A stretch of 64,000 nt of DNA from Macrostomum lignano (taxonomy: Eukaryota): positions 124,001 through 188,000 of the forward strand of contig NIVC01000831.1 of the NCBI GenBank assembly GCA_002269645.1. The letters are read 5' to 3'. Of the stretch, positions 11,683 through 23,600 are shown one piece after another. The notes under the pieces are model-generated. The model had not been told where the DNA came from, ran no database searches, and worked only from the letters and a program-made list of their open reading frames with translations. The position numbers were made by a program, and so were the translations under genes. Within the stretch, counting starts at the first letter, position 1. Each line of letters begins with the position of its first letter.

Positions 11683-14600
11683 GGCAGACAGACAGACACA
11701 GACAGACAGACAGACAGAAAGACACACAGACAGACAGACATACAGACAGACAGACAGACAGATAGACAGACAGGCAGACAGACACACAGACACAGACAGA
11801 CAGACAGACAGACACACCCCAGTGGGAAATTCTGGTACGCCCAAGGGTGCGCAGACCGCGGCGCCCGGTGGCCTGTGGCCGGTAGCGGGGCGCACTCTTT
11901 GTCCAGTCGGGGCGCCGGCCTTATACCCGGCGCCCGGTGGACTGCCCAATAAATTAAGGCAAGAATTGGTTTACTCTACTAACAGTAGTATGCAGGGCTT
12001 TTATTGATATATTTTGCTCTGGCAGCAGCCTAGCTTTCTGGTTGTTTCAAAATTGAATTTATTTCCAAATAATTTTCAGAGCTATCTGATTTTTTTAAGC
12101 AATTGTCTCTTCCATTATAAATTTAAACAACCTTGCTGCTACCTGCTTACGAAGTTTGCCTTTTGTAAATTTTTTTGCAGTTCTTTAGAAAATTAGTTTG
12201 AGTCTATGAATGAAATCGAATGAGAAACTTAAATGTAATGAAATTTGAATTTATTTAGCGAAGTTAAATGGAACTGATATTAAAACACAATATTAGAACG
12301 AAAAATAGTTAAGTTTTTGGCAACAAAGGTGTTGAAAGAATGTCAGTTTTAAAATCATTTTGACAGCATTTACTCGTAAAATACGTGCTCTCATAATTAG
12401 AAGATTTTAAATTGTCCATCATCCAGCTCTCGCTGATCTTCGGACCAGTTTGATCCACTTGATTCGGTTTCGTCATCAGATTCGAGAGAGCAGTCAGTGC
12501 GGTAGTTGGTTTTTGACTTTGCTGAACGGGGGCGATGGTTGTTCCGCTTTCGAGGCTGAGAATCCAACTGAATACTCGCTCGCTTTCTGGATTGGGAGCT
12601 CGGCTTTGCTGTCGCCGCTGGCGGCACTTCTCCCGCTGATAGTCGCGATGGTGTCTGTGACATTGGAAAGAAAACAAAAAATTACTGCATGCACATTTTA
12701 TCTTACTGATAGTAGTATTTAATGCTTAGCAATCATAGTATTCATCGTTCATTATTCAGTTTAGATACGTTTTTACTCACTAGGGAAAAAGAAGATGAAT
12801 GGCTGTGTCTTTGCACGGCGCTGCCAGAAGCGGGACTTTGAGTCGCTGCCACCAAAGACCGTCTTTGCACGGCGCTGCCAGAAGCGGGACTTTGAGTCGC
12901 TGCCACCAGAGATCGTCTTTGCACAGCGCTGCCAGAAGCGGGACTTTGAGTCGCTGCCACCAAAGACCGTCTTTGCACGGCGCTGCCAGAAGCGGGGCTT
13001 GGAGTCGCTGCCACCAGAGACTGTCTTTGTACGGCGCTGCCAGAAGCGGGGCTTGGAGTCGCTGCCACCAGAGACTGTCTTTGTACGGCGCTGCCAGAAG
13101 CGGGACTTTGAGTCGCTGCCACCAGAGACTGTCTTTGTACGGCGCTGCCAGAAGCGGGGCTTGGAGTCGCTGCCACCAGAGACTGTCTTTGTACGGCGCT
13201 GCCAGAAGCGGGGCTTGGAGTCGCTGCCACCAGAGACTGTCTTTGTACGGCGCTGCCAGAAGCGGGGCTTGGAGTCGCTGCCACCAGAGACTGTCTTTGT
13301 ACGGCGCTGCCAGAAGCGGGGCTTGGAGTCGCTGCCACCAGAGACTGTCTTTGTACGGCGCTGCCAGAAGCGGGGCTTGGAGTCGCTGCCACCAGAGACT
13401 GTCTTTGTACGGCGCTGCCAGAAGCGGGGCTTGGAGTCGCTGCCACCAGAGACTGTCTTTGTACGGCGCTGTCAGAAGCGGGGCTTTGAGTCTGGACTCC
13501 GGAAAGCAGCTGGCTTCCTGTGCGATGCGACCGCCCCTTTAATCGGTCACCGCCATGCTTTAGCTGCTGTCTGCAAGTATTTCTTACAGATTGTTCAGAG
13601 GGCCTGCCGGCTTCAGCGGTCGCGCCATAGATGAATGTGATTGCTTCTGTTAGGAAAAAAGTTGAAAGTTACTATGAATAGCATGCACTGTGCTCGACTA
13701 ATTTCTTGATATTTAGCTCTAAAAGTCTCATTGAACGTTGATTAAGTAGACTTACTTTGGAAATGGCTGAGCAGAGTGCTCTGAAATCCAAGTGCGCATC
13801 AGTAAGGTTGGTCGCAACTCCAGCAGCAACAGCTCGGCTTCGCATGTCTGACCCGATTAAATTAATAACCGCCTGCATCTCTTTCGACAAGCTCTCGTTA
13901 AGCATTGCCATTAAAGCATCGGACCACTTGTCTCGCTTGCATGAACGTAGCAGGCTCTTCTGTTTAGATTTTTACAGGTGAGAATACTTATAGATTATTA
14001 TTTCAGTGATAGTACTAGTGCGCTTTGAGTAGTAGTTAGAGCATTTCTTCTAATGAAAAGAAAATAAAAAACTCTGTCATGAACTTACCAAAGTAGAAAT
14101 ATGTTCATTTGGACTGGAAGCGAATTGCACATATTTTTCCCAGGAGTTGATCGGCCAGAATGAAGGCTCAGAATTATCAGTTGGAATGTCAGCGCCAACA
14201 GGTTCCAAAAAGCGTAGCACGCTCTGCACTTCAGTGCGCATTGCGGTGATTTGTTTGGTCAAACTATTTTCTAATGCTTTCAATTCATTCTTGCGCATAG
14301 TAAGTTCGCGTAGGGCATATAAGGACAGAAACTTGATGCCTCTTGGACTTTCCAGCTCAAAGCTAACACCGGCTTGGATCTGCTCTTCTAGTTTTCTAAG
14401 AAAGCCAGAACCAAAATTAAAAGATGAAATGGTGGGAGGCGACTTAGGAATCGTCGATCGATCATCTGCTACGAACTCAGCTTCTATTTCAGCTTCCGCC
14501 TCAGCTTCCACCTCAGCTCCCATCTCAGCTTCCACCTCAGCTTCCGCCTCAGCTTCCGCCTCAGCTCCCATCTCAGCTTCCACCTCAGCTCCGATCTCAG

Positions 14601-17600
14601 CTTCCACCTCATCTTCCGCTTCAGCTTCCGCCTCAGCTTCCACTTCAGCTTCCGCCTCAGCTTCCACTTCAGCTTCCGCCTCAGCTTCCGCCTCAGCTTC
14701 CATATCGGCGTCTACGCCAGCTTCTGCTTCATCATCACTAATAGGAGGCATTGGCGCTAACTGTGCAATCGTAGGCGGATGTTGTTTAGGCAGCAAAGCT
14801 GGAGGTTGCAAACAGCGGCTGCTCTTATCTTCGAAGATTGCCTCGGAATCGGTGGCTGAGCCGTCTGACAGATTCTGTTTGGGATGGTTACGGCATGAGA
14901 AATTATCAAGTTAATGTCAGTTTTAAAGATTATTTTCACATTTAATTTCTTCCCTTTTCTTAAAAAATAGTTTAAAAGGTAAAACGGAGAAAACAAAGTT
15001 CTCGATAAAAATTATATGGGCTGTGCTTAATTTTACCTTAGTCTGGTAATGCCTTCGTGCTTTCTTCATGTCACGCTCCTGAAAGACTCTGGGTTGAACC
15101 AACTCGAGAATTCGGTTCAGTCGGGTCTTTTTGGCCACCAATTCACGCACAAAGCGGAAGCTCCCAGGCTCTAGGTTGTTGCTTAGTATTACCTTTAAAT
15201 TAATGAGAAAATATGAGCGTACAAATATTAGATCGATTCAAGAATTTTAACATTTCAATCGTTGGGATCGGTTGCTTACCTGAATAATTAGAGCAGAGTA
15301 AAAACAGCCTTCATACAAGGCTTCACACTTCCACTTCTCAGTGGAGTCCCTCTTTTCTAACCATTCCTCTTCCTTAAGGTTTTGAAAGCCTTCAGGAAGC
15401 TTCACTTCGCTTTCCGAGACCTCAACAATTTGACGGTCGTCTTTAAAGATCACTAAAAACTTCATTGTAGCATGCAGACTAGACTATGCTAGTGCAAAAC
15501 TGAGTACCAAATAAAGCAAGAGTTTGGAGCTCACACTATAGTTTATGCTTATTTAATGATTCAGTGGTTTAGGTTGCTTCTAGAAGCAATTGTCTTCTAT
15601 AGTTCTTCGAATGAAAAAGGCCGCCCTGGCTTTTCCAATTTCATTGGCCCTACCGTCCCCGCATCCATACCTGTCCAATCAGCGCGCACAAACCCCCAAA
15701 GGAATAGTTTTCAATTCTTCCCAGCTTTTGTTCATATCCTTTCTTTAATACGAAATAAGCAATCGTAGTAATTACTTTATTATTATTACAACAGTCAACT
15801 ATCATCAAAGTCTGATTCGGACGAAAACAATGACAAGGCAATTGAGGCGACAAGCAAATAAGGATTTGCTGGGCTTGTTCATGGAAGGAGAACAAGAAGC
15901 TTTGGAAGACATCGCACTGCAAGAGAAAAAAAGAAAAGTATTCGAAGCAGATGATTCTGGGAGAGTCGCCGGTTTCATCGCTTCGGAGTCCTCTGTAGCA
16001 GAAGTCAATGAAGGTACGGATCCAGATCTTGACAACGACAATGGCAGCTATCCTGATTTTGACGAGTTCGCGCGAGTTTGCAGCGATGAAGATGAGGAGA
16101 TTGACAAGAAAGAGGATGACCGCTCTTTAGAAGATAAAATATTCGCCTTGCTGGTAGTCTACTTTTCTTGTTTCAACCTAAGTCGTGGATCTAAAAAATT
16201 CCTTGTTGATGGTCTAAGAGACATAGGCTTGCCTGCGCCGAAGTCTGTCAACTCTATTGAGGCCGTCATCAATGCTGGCGATCCAACGGAAAAATTGGAG
16301 CCCATGGGAAAAGGCCATTTTCGCTACATTTCGATTCTGAAAAATCTAGAACTAATGTTTCGCAAAAACCAGCTGCACATGAAGCCAGAATATCTACAAC
16401 ACGATAGTGAAACTGAGAAGGTTTACAAAATTGAAGCCATCGTTAATTTTGACGGCTTGCCTTTGTACCGAGCAAGCCACTTCGGTCTTTGGCCCATACT
16501 TATGTCTATTCCCAGCATATTCAGCAGACCTTTTCCAGTAGCCGTATGGGCTGGTTGTGGCAAGCCACCTCTGAATGATTATCTTCGACAATTTTGCGAC
16601 GAGGCTAAACGTTTTCTTACGGGTCCAATAAAAATTATCGAAAATTTAAGCATCAGCTTCTCGACTATCCGATTTGTTTGCGATGCGCCTGCTCGAGCCT
16701 GGGTCTCAGTAACTCAAGGGCACATGTCGTACGTCGGTTGCATGTACTGCAGGGCTACTGGACCTTATACCGACAACAGAGTAACATTTTCAACGAGCGT
16801 CGGGGAGTCTCGTAGCAGCCAACAATACCGAGAGGGAAAGGAGTCTAACCAGGAAAATAAAAAAATCGCTCTATCGCCCCTTCTAAATTTGCCTAACATT
16901 AGTTTTGTCGATGCTTTTCCCCCTGACTACCAGCATGCCGTCTGCCTTGGAGTCACAAGGAAGCTATTTTACCTATTTTTCGACAAATCTAATGGCAAGA
17001 AGTGTCTCGTCTATCCCGGTCCGATGAGCCTATTGGGCGACCGAATTACTATGGCTGCCGGTTGGACACCTTCAAACTTTCAACGAAGACCCCGGAAAAT
17101 CGACTTGGAACTGAAGCACATGAAGGCTACTGAATTCAGACAGTACTTGCTGTACCTAGGACCTGTCCTCTTCAAAGGCATTTTAAATGAAGAAAGGTAT
17201 AACCACTTTCTTTACCTCCATTTCGCCATTTACGCATACTCCAACGAAAGGTACTCCAAGTGGTGGACGCAGGCAAAAACTTGCATTGAAGTTTTTGTTG
17301 AACGGGCTGCCCACCTTTACGGCCAGAAGTTTATAAGTTTCAATCTTCACACTATTCTTCATTTGGATGAGTTTGTCCGAAAGCTAGGCAGTTTAAACAA
17401 CTTTTCGACTTTCCCTTTCGAAAACTTTCTTGGATCTGTAAAGCGCCGCGTAAAGGTGACAAGGCACATGGCAGCGCATTCAGTTAAGCAGGTGCTCAGA
17501 GTTCGCGATCTTCTGTTGAATGAGCAGCGAATTCCACCGTTGAAATTCAGCACAAAGCGAGGTGATAATTGTTGCATAATCGACAAAGTATGCGTCCTAA

Positions 17601-20600
17601 TCGAAGCTGTAAGTGAAGCTAATCAAGTCACTGGCAGGATTTTACACCCAGTTGACAACATCTACGCCAACCCATATCCATCTTTGCGTCTGGGAATCGG
17701 CTTGTACAGGATGACATCTGGTGTTCTAACTGGCACACCTGAGCGAAAGTGCTGGATTTTGCCTGCGAATCTGCTTGCCAATCTTGCTGGAGCGGACAGG
17801 GATCCAGCAAGCCATTTTTTTGTCATTCCTCTGACAGGTGACTCCGAGGAGGCCTGATGTAGGACGCGTGAGTCGCAAGTGAGTACTAAAAATATCTTTC
17901 TCTGGTTTTTTATATCAATCCGATTTCCTTCTATCTCGATTCTCGTATTCCCTGTATTCTGCAATTCTGCAATTTCTTCCTGTATATGTTCTCAGCTTCA
18001 ACACGCAGACATGATTGTAGATTGTGAGTTAAATATTAGTATATTACGATGCATACTCGATCGCAACTGCCATTTTATCTTTACTTTTAGGATCCGCAGT
18101 TTCACGAGTTTACTACAAGCCTGGCGATCGGTCATTCATGAACTGGAGTTATTTTAGAGACTGATTATATTGATTCTATCTTTATTGTTTACATTCTTGA
18201 ACCCTAGAATTAGGTACAGCTTAAAATTCGGTGTTATAGAGGCCGGAGGGGTAATTTAGCTCAAAACTGTGTAGGAGGGGTGGAGGGGCCGGAAACTTAG
18301 TGGGAGGTGATGCCGCTGTATGTGGCTGAAATGGGGGATTTATTTTCTTAAACCCCAGTATACGAGTATGAAATACTAATGGTATTGTATACAGTATTCC
18401 TACCTCCAATTCAAGCCAACAGAATTTTTGTAATATTTTACTTATCCCATTGATAATAATCAACTAGCTGCACAACTGTAATTTCCATCTGTTACCATCT
18501 GGTTTTACTTTTAAGCACATATAAAATGCTATGAATATTTTCTTTCTTTTGCTGGCACCTATTTTAGGTCAGATCGAATCAATACTTTCCGTATCAAAGT
18601 ATTTATGTGTTTATGCTAGGTTGTAACTTATAAAATATATATATATATATATATATAGTTCAGACCTTGTCAAGCCTCGCACGAAATTCGTCTTTGTTCT
18701 TCCTTTATCTTTGGTGCAATATGGGAATAGAAAAAACTTGATGACCTGCACTGATAAGGAGTCAGGACAGTTTGTTTGTTTCGCATAGGTTCGCTTAAGC
18801 AGGCAAGAACGGTACAACGTAGAAATTCCCATATCACTTCTCTAGCCTTTCTTCTAACCCCCCCCCCCCCAACTGAAATGAATTGGCCAAAATTAGCTGT
18901 CACCTCTAGGTTAAAATAATTCCTTGCATTGCCCTGTCATTACGGGTTATTGCCACTGGCCAGGAAATTCAAAACATTTTTCTAAGAGCAACTCAAAATG
19001 AGTAAGCTTTATACAGGCTATAATTGATGAGAGATTTCTGTTAATGAGAGATAAAGCCCACACGGGTTTTATTGATGTCGGGTTGTAAAAGACGATCGCA
19101 AATAGAGAACAATATAGCGAGAATATTCAAGCTGGCGGACGTGCGCCGAGCTATAATTTTCTGTTAACTCGGGGATTCAGTAAGACTAGAATAATTGAGT
19201 GGCAAAAACTGTCATGAGAACGCAAAGGCACTTTGAAACCTTTATGATTCAGTGGATTTATTCATCCGGAAAAATGACAAGGCGGGGGTTAGATTGTTAT
19301 TTATTCATGACCTGTCCCATTTGAGCTCTGACCGCCTCTGAATATGAAAACTGAGAAAATATCTATGTCTATGTATCCCTCCTTATCAAAATGTGACTGA
19401 GTGACTGTGCCCTACTCGTAATCGGGGAGATAAATGAAGGGGAGACAGGGGAGACAGTCTCCTATCTCCAATCTCCCATGTCTCTTATTTGCCATTATGC
19501 AGTTAACTGGGCCCGTCATGCATAGCCTACTGCAGGCTGCAGGGGTCAGCAAACTCCAGCCCACGGGCCACATGCGGCCCGCAGTCTCTCTATCCAGCCC
19601 TCGGGTCCTTTCTAACTTCCCATGCCAATAACAATCCAGCCCGCTCAAGGTTTGCATCTCTTCTCAGCTTTTTTGCTAATTTATTCTCCTTTTCTCATCA
19701 AAATCTCCCCTCTCTCCTCCTTTCCCCTCTTTCCTTGCTCCCAGTGGCGCAACCAGGGGGGGGGGGGGGGGGGGCGGTCCCCCCCCCTTAGGCGGAGACC
19801 CAGAAAAAATTGAAGGGGGGACCAAGCGAATTTTCGCCAAAAACAGAGCCTCCCCTCCGCCCCCTCCCTCACGGGACTTTACCTTCCAGAATCCGCCCCC
19901 CCTCAAAAAATTTCTGGTTGCCCTACTGCTTGCTCCCTTCCTCTGACATCTCTCCTTTCGCCTCTCTCCTCTCTCCCTTTATCTCCCTTCTTTCTCTCAT
20001 CTCGCCTCTCTCCTCTCTTCCCTCCTCTCACATCTCACATCTCTCCCCTCTCCCCTCCACTCTCCTCCTTCTGGCCCGCAGTCTTGAGCTAGATTCTCTA
20101 TCTGGCACTTAAAGTAAAATAGTTAGCCAATCCCTCGCAAGGAATTTCGATCATTACAATGAGCAAAAGTTGACATTAACAAAATTTTGGCGGGCGCGTT
20201 GTGCCAAGCCTGAACAGCTTCTCTAGACAGCACTCTGTGCTCTCCAGAATTACTTGAACTGTTAGCAGTGGCGCAAGCAGAATTTCTTATGTGGGGGGGG
20301 GGCGGATTCTGAAGGGTAAAGACCCAAGGGGGGCGGAGGGGTGGCTCTGTATTTTGGCAAAAATGCGCTTGGTCCCCCTTTAATACAGCTTGGCAAACCT
20401 GATTGATTTTCCGGGATTTCCCCTGTCCTAGTTGTATTTCTCTAAAATTCTGGAAGATAAATCGAGATTCTAGATAATAGCTGCATCTAAGATTAGTTTG
20501 TTTTGCTATCGCATTGTACCGTACAATTAATTATTGAAAATTTTAAACCTTTGCTGGCATGCGCATATGTTATCTTTGACCTTACCTGTTGTTTAATAGG

Positions 20601-23600
20601 TAAATTATTACTGTATGGAGGTACATGTAGATATAGGCATTTTGACTGTCAACTGTCCACCCCATACAAGCATACGGCTTTCAAATAATTATGCAACCTT
20701 GTGCAAGGGTATGCCGCCTACTTACATGTAAAACTTTGAAATGAGTATTTATTTACGCCACTATCCAAGGGGGGGGGGCGCGGCCGCGGGAGACCGACAG
20801 CGGAGACCGCCACAATTTGCCCGCCAGACAATTTGCCCGCCAGACAATTTGCCCGCCAGACAATTTGCCCGCCAGACAATTTGCCCGCCAGACAATTTGC
20901 CCGCCAGACAATTTGCCCGCCAGACAATTTGCCCGCCAGACAATTTGCCCGCCAGACAATTTGCCCGCCAGACAATTTGCCCGCCAGACAATTTGCCCGC
21001 CAGACAATTTGCCCGCCAGACAATTTGCCCGCCAGACAATTTGCCCGCCGCCCTATTTCACCTTGAATAGAACGGCGATCAAATTGTGGCGGTCAAATGT
21101 ACTCGTAGATGTAGTAGACCCGGCGGCCGCCCCCTTTGCCATGGCTGGACTTGCATATAAGGGGGGTAAATTTTGAGCTTACTTTGGCTTTTTAGACCAA
21201 AACAAAAATTTGGGCAAATCTGCCCCACTACTTTAAAAATCCTGAATTGACCACCAAATCGGACTCATCTAAATGAAAACTTAAGAATACAAGCAACATT
21301 GTACATGCGCTAGTGCTTAAGTAGTGGAGTATTAAAAAATATATTTTTTGTTGCGTTGATTTCGAAGATCAAAAGGTATTACTTATAAGTAGGTAGGCTA
21401 AAACGCACACTTTTGCGTTCACATCCAATTTCTGAAGTGTATGAAACTCAGAAAAATTTGCACGAGTCGCCTATACCCCACTTTGGAGCTTGCAGCAATT
21501 TTTCAAAGAGATGGCTGCTCAAAGGGTTAAAAGTTCAAGTTAGCTGTAGTATGAGGATTGGTCAATGCAAATAAATAATGAGCTCATTATACAAGAAAAT
21601 AATTAATAAGGATATCAATAGTTCGCCCCACTGTCCACTGCACGTACTGAAAGGCGTACTGTCAGGTTCGAGCACAAAAACACCCGAAACTAAAAAAATC
21701 AACTTTAAAAATTCTGCTCTTTACATAATTTCCTCACAAAAATATTTCATACGTACAAAGAAGAAAACCTACAAACTTTTATCTTGCGGGATGGGGCGTA
21801 CCCTTGAGGGCCGCCGGGGCGCCGGCCTAGAGGGTACGCCCCAATTTTTCTAACCACTGGGACAGACACAGACAGACAGACAGAAAGACACACAGACACA
21901 GACAGACAAACCTTCAGCTTGCGGTGCAGCCCGGTGAAGAAGTCCACCCCCTCCTGCACTTTGTCCAGCAGCACCGGTCCCTCATTCCAGGTGGCCACCA
22001 GCCGCTGCAGGGCGGCCTCGCGGTCGGCGCGGCGCTGAGCGATCAGCTGCCGGTGCGGGGCCAGCTTGGCGTGAACTTCTATCAGAGCTGACAGGATGTT
22101 TGCCTGGGCGGCCAAGTTCTGATTCAGGTAGGTCAGTCGGTCCTGCTGCTTAGCCAGGGTGGCCTCGAACATCTGCACCGGGTCCTGGTTGGGCTGCCGC
22201 AGCAGCAGGCTGGTGGCGTCTTCCGAGCGGAGATCCGACCGGATTGAGGCCAGCAGCTCCGCCCGCTGGCTGCGCATCTCCGACACCTTGCCAAGGAGCC
22301 GCTTCAGCTCCGACACTGACTGGCCCAGCTGCTCGTCAGCCTGGTCAATTCAGCACGGTAGAGTCAGGCCATCTGATCATCTACTCATGTCTTCCCCTCT
22401 CCTCTCCTCCCTTCACTCCCCTTTCCTGCCTTCACTCCTCTCTACTCCCTTCACTCTCCTCTCCTCCCTTCACTCCCCTCTCCTCCCTTCACTCTCCTCT
22501 CCTCCCTTCACTCCCCTCTCCTGCCTTTACTCTCCTCTCCTCTCTTCACTCCCCTCTCCTCCCTTCACTCTCCTCTCCTCCCTTCACTCCCCTCTCCTCC
22601 CTTCACTCTCCTCTCCTCCCTTCACTCCCCTCTCCTGCCTTTACTCTCCTCTCCTCCCTTCACTCCTCTCTACTCCCTTCACTCCCCTCTCCTCCCTTCA
22701 CTCCCCTCTCCTCCCTTCACTCCCCTCTCCTCCCTTCACTCCCCTCTCCTCCCTTCACTCTCCTCTCCTCTTTTCACTCCCCTCTCCTCCCTTTACTCCC
22801 CTCTCCTGCCTTTACTCTCCTCTCCTCCCTTCACTCTCCTCTCCTCTCCTCCCTTCACTCCCCTCTCCTCCCTTCACTCTCCTCTCCTCCCTTCACTCCC
22901 ATCTCCTCCCTTCACTCTCCTCTCCTCCCTTCACTCCCCTCTCCTCCCTTCACTCAAGCAAGCCTCACCTGCAGGTCGGTCACCGTAGGCAGGCTGGCCT
23001 TCAATTCCTCAGGCGATTTCCTCAGCTCAGCCAGACTCTCAGCGTGCCGACTGGCGCTGGCCCGCAGACTGTCATTGGATGGCTGAGCTTCTCGGGCCAC
23101 CTTCTCAAACTTGGCCAGGTCGTCTAGGAACGGTCTGAGCGAGGCGGCAGTCTCGGCCGGGGCGTCCTTGGTCAGCTGACGCAGCTCGCCAAGCAGGGTG
23201 TCCACGTCCACAGCTGCCGACGCCAGCTGCTGCATCCGCTGCGTCAGCCGCTTCTGCGCCGCGTCGCCTTCGACAGACAGCTGAGCGCAGGCGTCGTAAA
23301 GAGCTTGGGGCAGCGGCGCGTCCTCGGAGACGGAGTAGAACTCGGGATCCGCCTGCGGGAATGCGGAAGCACTCCATGCCTGTCACGCTGGCACTCCATG
23401 CCTGTCACGCTGGCACTCCATGCCTCTCACTCTCTCTGGCACTCGATGTCTGTCACTCTTTCTAGCACTCCATGCCACGCTCTCTCTCTAGCACTCCATG
23501 TCTCTCAGTGTCTCTGGCACTCCATCTCTCTCTGGCACTCCATGCCACCCACCCTCTCTGGCACTCCACGCCTGTCACTCTGGCACCCCATACCACTCAC

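Larger units (their letters stand above)
11818..21861. mobile_element. CACTA/EnSpm (CMC superfamily) DNA transposon, 10,044 bp, apparently autonomous, in PTPN23 intron 8
   Basis: TIR CCCAGTGG...CCACTGGG; 2-bp TSD AC/AC. Shared subterminal motifs GGTACGCCC (11834; 21833; inverted at 21794) and GGGGCGCCGGCCT (11909; 21816). Contains an intact transposase and a second gene. Confidence 0.85.

Noticed and set aside
12742-12780. Accessory gene ending at the stop at 12742
   Set aside because: A consensus GTGAGT donor at 12780 and an in-phase acceptor at 12655 favour a sixth exon, although read-through remains possible.
19740-19747. Internal CCCAGTGG as an alternative CACTA end
   Set aside because: It is the TSD plus terminus of the 187-bp hAT MITE and has the wrong orientation for a right end.
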